From an uncultured Acidobacteriota bacterium (GTDB taxonomy: Bacteria; Acidobacteriota; Thermoanaerobaculia; UBA5066; Gp7-AA6): a stretch of 64,000 bases of DNA. Each line of letters opens with the position of its first letter. Within the stretch, counting starts at the first letter, position 1. The stretch covers positions 1-64,000 of the forward strand of contig CAVXTP010000014.1 in NCBI GenBank assembly GCA_963764715.1, read 5' to 3'. The notes below the pieces were generated by a model. It saw only the letters and a list, made by a program, of their open reading frames with translations. It did no database searches and was not told the origin of the DNA. This document shows, in pieces, positions 48,498 through 58,679 of the stretch. The translations under genes were made by a program, and so were the position numbers.

Positions 48498-49505
48498 CTA
48501 CTCAAAGGAAAAGATTCTCTTCCAGTCGCCCTTCATGCTGACGACGGTCCAGCCCTTCTTCTTCGCTTCGTCATAGAGCGCCTGGGTGAAGGTCCCGACC
48601 TTGGTCTCCGGAAGCCCGGCCGCCGGACCGTAGGCGTACTCGCGTTTCGCGTCGTCGTGGAGGACCAGCATCATGAGCCGCGCGCCGTCCCCGGCTCCCG
48701 TGTATTCCAGCATCTCCCGGTCGCCGGTCGAATTGCCGAACGCGGCGTGCGGCCGGCGCCCGATCATGAGGTATATGCCTTCGGCCTTGCCGGCGTTGTT
48801 GTCGTTCAGGACGAGCCTGGGCTCTTTTGTCAGGAACGGGCGACCGTCCTTGTCGTAGCCGAATTTGGTGGCCCCGGCCGTCCCGACGACCTGCTCCGGC
48901 GGAATGCCGTAGACCCTCTCTGCGTACGTCCGAACGAAGTCCTGGCCCCCGCCCGTCACGATGTAGGTCTTGTAGCCGTTGGCTCGGAGGTACTTGAGGA
49001 CCTCCTGCATCGGCTGGTAGGTCAGGTCGGTGTATGGCCGTTTCCAGCGGGGATCCCTGGCCGCAGCGGTCCACCTGGCGGCCTCGGCGCGGAACTCGTC
49101 GACGGACATCCCGGTCAGCGTCGCGATCGCGATCTTCTCGATATCCGCCATCGGGAGCTTCGCGATGGCCTCGCGATCGCCCGACATCACCGTCTTGAAA
49201 GGCTCGACGTTGGCGAGCTCGGGCTTGGCCTTGACGAGCGCCGGGACGCGGTCGAGGCAGTAGATCAGCTGCGAGTAGACGGGGTGCTCGACCCAGAGAG
49301 TGCCGTCCTGATCGAACGTCGCGATGCGTTCTTCGGGCGGCACGAACTTCGGGCTCCCGGGGGTCGTCGTCGACTGCACGAACTCGACGATCGTCTTTTT
49401 CGCCGAGCCGTCATTCCAGGACGGCAAGGGATCCTGGGCCAGGGCGGCCGCGGCTCCGGCGGCCACGAGGACCAGAAAAGCAACGGCATGGCGTCTCGTT
49501 TTCAT
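48498..49505 (-). CDS. Exported HAD-family hydrolase (acid-phosphatase-like)
   Basis: ATG 49505 after SD GGAG; DPLPSWNDG, FDQDGTLW (DxD), IVTGGG, FGNSTGD and VSMKGDW. Confidence 0.92.
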   Translation of the reverse strand: MKTRRHAVAFLVLVAAGAAAALAQDPLPSWNDGSAKKTIVEFVQSTTTPGSPKFVPPEERIATFDQDGTLWVEHPVYSQLIYCLDRVPALVKAKPELANVEPFKTVMSGDREAIAKLPMADIEKIAIATLTGMSVDEFRAEAARWTAAARDPRWKRPYTDLTYQPMQEVLKYLRANGYKTYIVTGGGQDFVRTYAERVYGIPPEQVVGTAGATKFGYDKDGRPFLTKEPRLVLNDNNAGKAEGIYLMIGRRPHAAFGNSTGDREMLEYTGAGDGARLMMLVLHDDAKREYAYGPAAGLPETKVGTFTQALYDEAKKKGWTVVSMKGDWKRIFSFE

Positions 49506-49535
49506 CCGCAGATCTCCACTCCGGGCGTACACGGG

Positions 49536-49760
49536 TCAGTTGTGCGGCGGTGAAAGGGTCTCGAGCTCATCCAGGCGTTTCATCGCCTGCATCGCCTGGA
49601 GCGAGTTGTAGTTGATGCCCGCGGCGTTCAGGCTGCTGCCCTGCTGGAACGGGAAATCCGGAAGCGCCAAGAGGAACGCCTGGGCCGCCGCCTGCGCCGC
49701 GAGGGCGAGGCCGATGGCAGCCATCGCGAATCGACTCGCAAGTCGGGTGTGTCCGTTCAC
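49536..49760 (-). pseudogene. Internally deleted sulfatase: signal peptide fused to a sulfatase-like C-terminal tail
   Basis: Strong SD AGGAGG; signal ending AAQAAAQ joined directly to AFLLALPDFPFQQGSSLN, which resembles the FPPxQxxxSxN/S tails of the three intact sulfatases. Confidence 0.6.
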
Positions 49761-49791
49761 CGCTTCCTCCTGTGCGGGATGCGCCTCTGTG

Positions 49792-49822
49792 AAAATGCGG
49801 GCGGCCCCTTCGGACCGCCCGC
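49792..49822 (-). terminator. Hairpin/terminator after sulfatase 2
   Basis: Minus strand reads GCGGGCGGTCC-GAAG-GGGCCGCCCGC-ATTTT. Confidence 0.6.
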
Positions 49823-49848
49823 CGAGTGATCGATGATCCGCTTTTCGA

Positions 49849-51546
49849 CTACTGGCCGGGGGTCTTCACCGGCTTCTTGAGCTCGTTCATGACCTGGGTC
49901 AGGTTGTAGCTCGCCGGATCCTGCATCGGCGGGTACGTCTGGTAGGACTCGAGCTCGTGCAACCACAGCGACTGACCAATGGGCAGCATGTTCCAGTCGT
50001 AGAGGTAGGCGGTATAGGGTCCCGCCAGGGTGCCCCCCATGCCCATGAGCGTCTTGTACTGTTGTCCGATGGACGTTTCGAAGGGATCGCGCTTGATGTT
50101 GACGACCTGGGCCCAGGAATACGGCATCACGCCGGCGATGAAGCCCGCCGGGTCGTCGGACACCATGGCGAAGTAGATCTTCCAGTTCTTGTACCGGACC
50201 GCCGAGGGATGGGCGCCGGAATAGTAGAAGAAGGTATCGCGCGCCGACTTCTCCGTCTTGCCCTCCAGATAGTCGCGCTGGTCGACGCCGTCGAGCGTCG
50301 TCTTGACGATCCCGGGATAGGTTCCGGATTCGATCTTCTTCTTCAGCCCGTCGCCCGTGGGACCCCCGGCGATGTCGACGAGCGTCGGCAGCCAGTCGAG
50401 CGACGCGAAGATGTCGCTCTTCACCGTGCCGGGTTTGATGTGCCCGGGCCAGCGCACGAGCATCGGAGCGCGCATGCCGCCCTCCCAGGTGGAAAGCTTT
50501 CCGCCCTTGAACGGAGTGGTGCCGCCGTCGGGATAGCTGATGGTCTCGGCCCCGTTGTCGGTGGTGAAGCAAAGGACCGTGTTGTCGAGCTGGCCCATCG
50601 CCTCGAGCTTCGCGATGACGAGGCCGATGTTGTCGTCCATCTGCTTCATGCCGGCTTCGTTCATGCCCCAGTCCTTGCCGCCGGGCTCACCGACCATGGC
50701 CTGGTATTTGTCCGACAGGACGGTCGTGACGTGCATGCGGGCCGGGTTGTACCAGACGAAGAAAGGCTTGTTGGTCTTCTTGGGGTCGTTGCGATCCAGG
50801 AAGTCGACGACCTTGGCCGAAATCTCCTCGTCCACGGTCTTGGAGCGCTCGAGGGTCAGCGGGCCCTGATCCTGGCAGGACTGGTTCTTCGCCGTGCCGT
50901 CGGAAGACTTGCACCAGATGACGGGGCGTGGCGGCGTCAGGCAGACTCCCTGACTTGGATCGATCGCTCCCGGCACCTCGGCGAGGCCCGGGATCGCCGT
51001 GTTCTTGCACGGCGGAGCCACGGTCTGCTGAGTCGGGGTCTTGTTGATGTCCGGGAAGCTCACGCCCTGCATGGCGTCGAGGTGATACAGGTAGCCCCAG
51101 AACTCGTGGAACCCGTGCGCCGTCGGCAGCGCGTCGGTGTGGTCGCCCAGGTGGTTCTTGCCGAACTCGCCCGTGTTGTAGCCGAGATCCCGCAGGAACC
51201 ACGCGAGCGCCGGCGTGCCGGGTCGCAGGTAGGACGGGCTGCCCGGAAGCTGCGGCGGGATCATGCCGGTGCGGAGCGGATGCATGCCGGTGAAGAAGGC
51301 GTTGCGCCCGGCCGTGCAACTCTCCTCGGCGTAGTACGTCTGGAAGAGGGCGCCTTCGGCCCCGATGCGGTCGATGTTGGGCGTTTCGCCCACCATCAGG
51401 CCGCGGTGATAGATGCCCGGCTGCATGATCCCGATGTCGTCGCCCATGATGAAGACGATGTTTGGCTTCTTCTGCTGCGCGTGGGCCGCTCCGGCCAGCA
51501 TCAGACCGGAGACGGCGGCAAACCATCGAACCCACTTCCCCTTCAT
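49849..51546 (-). CDS. Arylsulfatase 2 (Cys-type, exported)
   Basis: ATG 51546 after GGAGG; KKPNIVFIMGDDIG, SCTAGRNAFFTG, GKNHLGD and TTDNG. Confidence 0.95.
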   Translation of the reverse strand: MKGKWVRWFAAVSGLMLAGAAHAQQKKPNIVFIMGDDIGIMQPGIYHRGLMVGETPNIDRIGAEGALFQTYYAEESCTAGRNAFFTGMHPLRTGMIPPQLPGSPSYLRPGTPALAWFLRDLGYNTGEFGKNHLGDHTDALPTAHGFHEFWGYLYHLDAMQGVSFPDINKTPTQQTVAPPCKNTAIPGLAEVPGAIDPSQGVCLTPPRPVIWCKSSDGTAKNQSCQDQGPLTLERSKTVDEEISAKVVDFLDRNDPKKTNKPFFVWYNPARMHVTTVLSDKYQAMVGEPGGKDWGMNEAGMKQMDDNIGLVIAKLEAMGQLDNTVLCFTTDNGAETISYPDGGTTPFKGGKLSTWEGGMRAPMLVRWPGHIKPGTVKSDIFASLDWLPTLVDIAGGPTGDGLKKKIESGTYPGIVKTTLDGVDQRDYLEGKTEKSARDTFFYYSGAHPSAVRYKNWKIYFAMVSDDPAGFIAGVMPYSWAQVVNIKRDPFETSIGQQYKTLMGMGGTLAGPYTAYLYDWNMLPIGQSLWLHELESYQTYPPMQDPASYNLTQVMNELKKPVKTPGQ

Positions 51547-51599
51547 TGCTCCTCCCTTCGTTTGTCGACAGCCTCTCTCCGCCACGAGATTCGTGACAC

Positions 51600-51983
51600 T
51601 CAAGGCTTGGATTCCTGGGCGAGCGCCGTGTCCACCGCACCGACGAGCAGCCGTCCCTCGAACGGCTTGATCAGGAAGGCGATGGCGTCGAGCCGGTCGG
51701 CTTCCCGCCGCGCGGCGACCGTGTCGTGCGCCGTGATGAAGATGACGGGCCGGTCCCGACCCGACTCCACGAGGCGCCGCTGAAGCTCGAGCCCGGAGAG
51801 CCCGGGCAGCCGGATGTCGGCGACCAGGCAGCCGAGCTGCGCGACGTCGCCAGCCTCCAGGAACTCTTCCGCGGAGCCGAAGGTGCGCGCGTCGAATCCC
51901 GCGCCGGTCAGCATGCGTTCCAGCGCCTTTCTCATCCCGGTGTCGTCCTCCACCACAGCCACGGTTCCTCTGCAGACCGGCAT
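51600..51983 (-). CDS. Single-domain response regulator
   Basis: VAVVEDD, LVADIRLPGLSG, FITAHD and LIKPF. Confidence 0.88.
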   Translation of the reverse strand: MPVCRGTVAVVEDDTGMRKALERMLTGAGFDARTFGSAEEFLEAGDVAQLGCLVADIRLPGLSGLELQRRLVESGRDRPVIFITAHDTVAARREADRLDAIAFLIKPFEGRLLVGAVDTALAQESKP

Positions 51984-52049
51984 CGAACTGGGACGAAGCA
52001 TCGGCTCTGAGGCCGGCCCCCAATAGACGGACGTTCGGGAAGGGAGGCA

Positions 52050-52065
52050 TTGCACTTTGGTGCAA
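52050..52065. promoter_or_regulatory. Perfect 6-4-6 palindrome, candidate operator
   Basis: TTGCAC-TTTG-GTGCAA, between the FixJ-like gene and the REC/sulfatase genes. Confidence 0.55.
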
Positions 52066-52109
52066 CCCGCCGAATCGAGGGCGGCAGCGCCGGCGTCGGC
52101 GCCCCGGCG

Positions 52110-52760
52110 TCAGTCCGTGGGGGCGGCGGCTCCGGGGGGGGGCCCGGCCCGCGTCCGCAGCATGGTCTCCGCGTGGACGAGCTCCGCCACGGAGCCCGCC
52201 TGCATCTTCTCCATGACGCGCGCGCGATGCGCCTTGACAGTGCGCTCGCTCGTCCCGACCGCCGCGGCGATCTGCTTGTTGAGGCGCCCGGCAACGACGT
52301 GAGTGAAGACTTCCCGCTCGCGCGGCGTCAGGGTGGCGAAGCGGTCGGCGAGCTCCCGCCGTCGGCGGCCGAACTTCGCCTTCGCCGCCTGGCGATTCAG
52401 CGCCTCGGCCACGGCCGCCAGGAGCTCCTTGCGCTGGACCGGCTTGGTCAGGAAGTCGACCGCGCCGGCTCGCATCGCCCGCACGCTCTGACGGATGTCT
52501 CCCCGGCCGGTCAGGAAGATGACCGGGAGCCCGAATTCCTCGCGCGCCAGGGCCTCCTGCAGCTCGAGGCCGCTCGGGCCGGGCATGTGGACGTCGAGGA
52601 TCAGGCAGCCTGCGCCGTCGCCGGGACGGCCGAGGAGGAACTCGCCCGCGGAGTGGTAGTCCTTGACCGCGTAGCCGGCCGCGCGCAGCAGGCGCGCGAG
52701 CGCGGTGCGGAACGAGTCGTCGTCGTCGACGACGTGGATGACCGGCGCGTCGCCCGTCAC
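52110..52760 (-). CDS. FixJ/StyR-like response regulator (REC plus LuxR HTH)
   Basis: VVDDD, ILDVHMPGPSG, AMRAGAVDFLTKP, LTPREREV, LNKQIA and TVKAHRARVMEK. Confidence 0.95.
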   Translation of the reverse strand: MTGDAPVIHVVDDDDSFRTALARLLRAAGYAVKDYHSAGEFLLGRPGDGAGCLILDVHMPGPSGLELQEALAREEFGLPVIFLTGRGDIRQSVRAMRAGAVDFLTKPVQRKELLAAVAEALNRQAAKAKFGRRRRELADRFATLTPREREVFTHVVAGRLNKQIAAAVGTSERTVKAHRARVMEKMQAGSVAELVHAETMLRTRAGPPPGAAAPTD

Positions 52761-54667
52761 GGCGCAATACCTCCGGCCGCGGTCCGCCGGTCGGCCCGGA
52801 CCTCCTGCTCCCCCGGCAGCAGGAACCAGAACGTGGCTCCGCCGCCCGGGTTGTTCGCCGCGCCGATCGCCCCGCCGAGCCCCTCGACGATCGACCGGCA
52901 GATCGAGAGGCCGAGGCCGACGCCGTGCGGCTTCGTCGTGAAGAAGGACTGGAACAGCCGGGCGCGGTCGAGCTCCGCAATCCCCGACCCGGCGTCCGAC
53001 ACCCGGAACTCGATGCGGTCCCCCGCGGCGCGCGTCGACAGGCGGAGCCGGCGGGCGCCGGGAGGCGTCCGCTCCATCGCCTCCATCCCGTTGAGGGCCA
53101 GGTTGATCAGGACCTGCTGGAGCGAGACCTCGTCCGCACGCGGCACGACGAGGCCGGCCGCCAGGTCGGTCTCGACGCTCACGCCGTGCCGGCGTCCTTC
53201 GTACTGGAGCAGCCGCAGCACGGTCGCGACGATCTCTCCGGCCTCCACCGGCTTGAGCTCGAGCTCGCGCTTGCCCGCCAGGCCGCGGACGCGGCGGACG
53301 ACCTCGCTCGCCCGCAGGTCGTCGCGCCGGATGTCCGCGAGGATCCGGCGAAGCTCGTCAAGACTGCCGCCGTCGGCGTCGAGCAGCATCTCCGCCGCCT
53401 CGGCGTTGGCCAGGATCGCCCCGAGCGGCTGGTTGATCTCGTGCGAGATCGACGCCGTCAGCTCGCCGACGGCCGTGAGGCGGCCCGCGTGCGCCAGCTC
53501 CCGGCGGCGCTCCCGGCTGTCGTCCTCGGCACGGCGGCGTCGGCGGCGCTCGAAGAGCAGCGCCGCGATGAGAACGCTCTGGATCGCGAGCGCGGCGAGG
53601 GTTGCGACGACCGCCGAGCGATGGTCGCTCCACAGCGACGGGGCACGAAACAGAATCGTGCCGCCTTCGGGCAGTCGCGAGTCCGGCACGTGGAAACGCC
53701 GCAATTTCCGGTCGTCGAAGAGCAGGCGGCTGAAGCTCGCGGGATCGCTTGCCCGGACCGGCCGCCCCTCGAGAAGATCCATCGTCTGGCGGGCCGCTTC
53801 GGCGCCGACCTTCCGGTAGTCGAGCACCCACCCGGCCGCCAGGCCGTGGCCCATCATGGTCTCGCTGACGCCCATGACCGGCGAGTTCGAGGTCCGCGCC
53901 ACGCGCGCGAGCACGTCCCGAGGAACGAAGTGGCGGCCGCTCCCGTCGTAGTGATAGCTCTCGAAGAAGACGACGGTGTCCGGGGGCAGCCGCGCCATTC
54001 TCGACTCCAGGTCCTCCAGGCGCAGGCCCGTCAGGTCGACGAACTCGAGGCCGCGTGCGTCGAGGTCCTTCTTCCACTGCGCGTTTCCGCTGGCGTCCTC
54101 CGAAACGTACGCCACGCGCCGCGTGCCGGGAAAAAGCGTGCGGGCCAGATCGACCGTCCGCTCGTTCTGAAATTCGGCCCCGATGCCGGTCACGCCCGGC
54201 GGCAGGCGCGAGGCGTCGAGGCCCCGGCTCGGGGTCAGCAGGACGACGGCGGAATCCGGCCACCGCTCGGCGCGCAGCGGCAGGATGAACTGAAACGCCG
54301 AGGTCGTGACGGCGATGATTGCGTCGAATCGCTCGTCCGCGTACCGCTTGCGGAACCACTCGAGCTGCGCGGGCGCCTTGTCGGGCTGGCGCATGGCTTC
54401 GAGATAGTCGGTCCGAATCGCCGGCCGACGCTCCGCGGGAACGGCGTCGAAGATTTCGAACATCCCGGCCGAGAGGTCGGCAACCCACGGGAGACTCGGC
54501 TGCTCGATGTTGAGGATGAGAACGCTCTTGCGCGTTTCCCGAGAAGCATCCCCGGGGGGTTCGCCGGCGCAGACGCCGGTCGCGAAAACTGCGAGGATGG
54601 CGGGCACGGCCAGTAGTAGGCCCGGCCGCGAAGCGCTCAACCCGCTCGAGGCGCTCAAACAGGGCAC
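52757..54667 (-). CDS. Sensor histidine kinase with periplasmic substrate-binding-like domain
   Basis: Signal/TM, large periplasmic domain, TM, H-box SISHEINQPL, N-box QVLINL, DAGSG, FFTTK and GVGLGL. Confidence 0.92.
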   Translation of the reverse strand: MPCLSASSGLSASRPGLLLAVPAILAVFATGVCAGEPPGDASRETRKSVLILNIEQPSLPWVADLSAGMFEIFDAVPAERRPAIRTDYLEAMRQPDKAPAQLEWFRKRYADERFDAIIAVTTSAFQFILPLRAERWPDSAVVLLTPSRGLDASRLPPGVTGIGAEFQNERTVDLARTLFPGTRRVAYVSEDASGNAQWKKDLDARGLEFVDLTGLRLEDLESRMARLPPDTVVFFESYHYDGSGRHFVPRDVLARVARTSNSPVMGVSETMMGHGLAAGWVLDYRKVGAEAARQTMDLLEGRPVRASDPASFSRLLFDDRKLRRFHVPDSRLPEGGTILFRAPSLWSDHRSAVVATLAALAIQSVLIAALLFERRRRRRAEDDSRERRRELAHAGRLTAVGELTASISHEINQPLGAILANAEAAEMLLDADGGSLDELRRILADIRRDDLRASEVVRRVRGLAGKRELELKPVEAGEIVATVLRLLQYEGRRHGVSVETDLAAGLVVPRADEVSLQQVLINLALNGMEAMERTPPGARRLRLSTRAAGDRIEFRVSDAGSGIAELDRARLFQSFFTTKPHGVGLGLSICRSIVEGLGGAIGAANNPGGGATFWFLLPGEQEVRADRRTAAGGIAP

Positions 54668-54743
54668 GATGGGTGGATTCTATGTCTCCGGCCTGAAGTC
54701 CGCGCGGGGACGGCTCAGGCGCCGCTCTGCCCCGGGGAGAGCG

Positions 54744-55274
54744 TCAGCCCGCGGGAGGCGGCGCCGACGACTTCCGAAAAAAGATGTCGAAAAGCTTCCG
54801 GTCACCGACCAGGTGTCCGAGCTCCCAGAAGGCGAAGAAAGGAATGAACGCGACGAAAAGGATCAGGGTTCTCCCGAGGATCTCCCAGACGCCCTGGTTC
54901 AGGAAGGCCCCCAGGCTCGCCGCCAACGTCTTCCCGTGGACGAGGCCATCGATCACGTGCTCGAGCACGGCGAACACACCGACCAGCGCTCCGTACGCCA
55001 GGGACGAGCGGAGGACCGAAAACGCCAGGGTCCGGCGCGCGCCTTTCCGGCCGAGCCCCAGGGCCTTGCCGATCAGGATGACCTTGGCGATCACGACGGC
55101 CTCGATGAGCGCGTAACCGTAGTGAAAGGAGCTGACGCCGAACTCCCGCGAGATCAACCGTCGGTAGGTGAGGAAGGCGACGAAGAAAGCGGCGAGATAG
55201 GCGGTGATCAGCAGGAGCAGCCGGAACTCTTCGGCCGCCTTCTCCTTGAGCTGCGCCTTCCTGTCGGTGGTCAT
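54744..55274 (-). CDS. Small 4-TM membrane protein
   Basis: ATG 55274; YGYALIEAVVIAKVILIG and FIPFFAFWEL. Confidence 0.78.
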   Translation of the reverse strand: MTTDRKAQLKEKAAEEFRLLLLITAYLAAFFVAFLTYRRLISREFGVSSFHYGYALIEAVVIAKVILIGKALGLGRKGARRTLAFSVLRSSLAYGALVGVFAVLEHVIDGLVHGKTLAASLGAFLNQGVWEILGRTLILFVAFIPFFAFWELGHLVGDRKLFDIFFRKSSAPPPAG

Positions 55275-55305
55275 GTCTCTTTCGGCCAGAGTCTCGAATA
55301 AGGAG

Positions 55306-55329
55306 CGGGCGCCCCCGAGGGGCGCCCGT
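55306..55329 (-). terminator. Hairpin after sulfatase 3
   Basis: CGGGCGCCCC-CGA-GGGGCGCCCG; weak T-tract on the minus strand. Confidence 0.5.
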
Positions 55330-55345
55330 CGCAAATCGGATTCGG

Positions 55346-56953
<1,608 letters not shown>

Positions 56954-57050
56954 GAGGACCCTCCTTCAATTTAAGGCGAGTGTCCGCACGGGAGCATGCG
57001 AACGCGTCGGCCCCGCATCCTATCCCGGTTGTGCGAGGGGCCGGGACGAA

Positions 57051-57953
57051 TCAGGCGATCCGCGTCACGCGCCGGGTGTACTTCCTGCCGAGGGAGAGCA
57101 GGCTGCCCGCGAGGCCCGCGGCCGCGCCGGCGAGCGGAAGAAGCAACGCCGTCGGTAGCGGCAGGAATCCCACCCAGAAGACCGACAGCACGGGGTGCGG
57201 GTCCCGGGCGAGCCAGTGCGCCGCGAACCGGTAGGTCCCGTAGAGCAGGCCGAGCGCGAGGGCGCCGCCGAGGAACCCCTCGGCCGTTGCGTAGAGCCAG
57301 AAGGGGGCCCGCACGGCGCCCTCGGTCGCGCCCATCAGGCGCATGATCCCGACCTCGTCGCGGTGGAGGTCGAGCGCGAGCCGCACGGCGGAAGCGACGG
57401 ACAGGATGCCGGCGAGCACCAGGATCCCCCCGAGGAAGAGGCCGGCGTTGCGCACGAGGCCGATCGCGTCGCGGAACCGGCGCGCGAACTCCTCCTCGGA
57501 CTCCGCGGACTCGACGCCCGGCCACAGCTTCGCGGACCCGGCGATCGCGATCCCCGCTCCGCGCGGAGCGTCGGGCTTGAGGACGACTTCGACCGACGGC
57601 GGGAACGGCGCGTCCTTGAGCTCCGCGAGGGCCGCCCCGATGTCCGGAAACGCCCGGCGGAACCGGTCGAGGGCCTCTTCGCTCGGAATCACGCGGACGG
57701 ACCGGACGCGCGGGTCGGGCGTCAACCGCGCCGCGAGCGCCCGGGCGTCGGCCTCCGGCTGGAGCGTGATCACCACCGCCGCGGGCTCTCCCGCCTCCCG
57801 GACGTCCAGGCGCGAGAGGTTGCGCGCGACGAGCGCCAAGAGCCCCGGGACGTAGACCGCGATCGCGATCAGGACGATGGCCGCCAGCGTCTGCCGCGGG
57901 CTCGACTTCGCGATCGACCACGCCTCGCCGACGACGTAGCGCGGCTTAACCAC
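57051..57953 (-). CDS. ftsX: Cell division permease FtsX
   Basis: 4-TM topology, [14 protein letters not shown]; follows ftsE. Confidence 0.85.
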   Translation of the reverse strand: MVKPRYVVGEAWSIAKSSPRQTLAAIVLIAIAVYVPGLLALVARNLSRLDVREAGEPAAVVITLQPEADARALAARLTPDPRVRSVRVIPSEEALDRFRRAFPDIGAALAELKDAPFPPSVEVVLKPDAPRGAGIAIAGSAKLWPGVESAESEEEFARRFRDAIGLVRNAGLFLGGILVLAGILSVASAVRLALDLHRDEVGIMRLMGATEGAVRAPFWLYATAEGFLGGALALGLLYGTYRFAAHWLARDPHPVLSVFWVGFLPLPTALLLPLAGAAAGLAGSLLSLGRKYTRRVTRIA

Positions 57954-57965
57954 GGGCGGCCCGGC

Positions 57966-58679
57966 TCACGACACCGGGAGGAACGGCGCCTCGCGCACGA
58001 TGGGGGCGGCTTCGCGGGGCCGGTCGGGATCGTGGAGGCGGCCCCGCTCGAGGGTCAGCGTCCGCTTGCCCATGCGGCGAATCAGCTCGATGTCGTGCGT
58101 CGCGACGACGACCGTCGTCCCCCGGATGTTGATCTCGACGAAGAGCCGCATGATCTCCTCGGCGAGCACCGGGTCGAGGTTGCCCGTGGGCTCGTCGGCG
58201 AGCAGCACCGTCGGCTCGTTGACGATCGCACGCGCGATCGCGACGCGCTGTTGCTCGCCGCCGGAGAGCTCGTCCGGGTAGGCGTTCATCTGGTGGTGGA
58301 GGCCCACGCGCTTCAGGACGTGGTACGCCCGGCGCTTCTGCTCCGCGCGCGCGAGCCCCAGCACGTTCTGCACGTACGAGATGTTCTCGAACACGGTCTT
58401 GCGCGCGATCAGTTTGAAGTCCTGGAACACCACGCCCATGGTCCGGCGCAGGTACGGGATCTGCGACTGCGGAAGGACGCCGATGTTGCGGCCGTTGACG
58501 ATGATCTGGCCCGCCGTCGGAGGCTCCTCGAGAAAGAGCAGCCGCAGGAGCGTCGACTTCCCCGCCCCCGAGGGCCCCGTGAGAAACACGAACTCCCCGG
58601 AGTCGATGCGGAACGAAACGTCGAGGAGGGCGTCCCGGAACGTCCCGTATTTCTTCGAGACGCCGAAGAGCTGGATCAC
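57966..58679 (-). CDS. ftsE: Cell division ATPase FtsE
   Basis: [37 protein letters not shown] and ADEPTGNLD. Confidence 0.95.
   Translation of the reverse strand: MIQLFGVSKKYGTFRDALLDVSFRIDSGEFVFLTGPSGAGKSTLLRLLFLEEPPTAGQIIVNGRNIGVLPQSQIPYLRRTMGVVFQDFKLIARKTVFENISYVQNVLGLARAEQKRRAYHVLKRVGLHHQMNAYPDELSGGEQQRVAIARAIVNEPTVLLADEPTGNLDPVLAEEIMRLFVEINIRGTTVVVATHDIELIRRMGKRTLTLERGRLHDPDRPREAAPIVREAPFLPVS

Noticed and set aside
49849-52980. 1043-aa sulfatase with a long N-terminal extension, and similar extended ORFs for dgt, ruvC, GNAT and the ferritin-like gene
   Set aside because: The extensions are off-frame read-through of upstream genes; internal starts with SD, signal peptide or stop overlap are evident.
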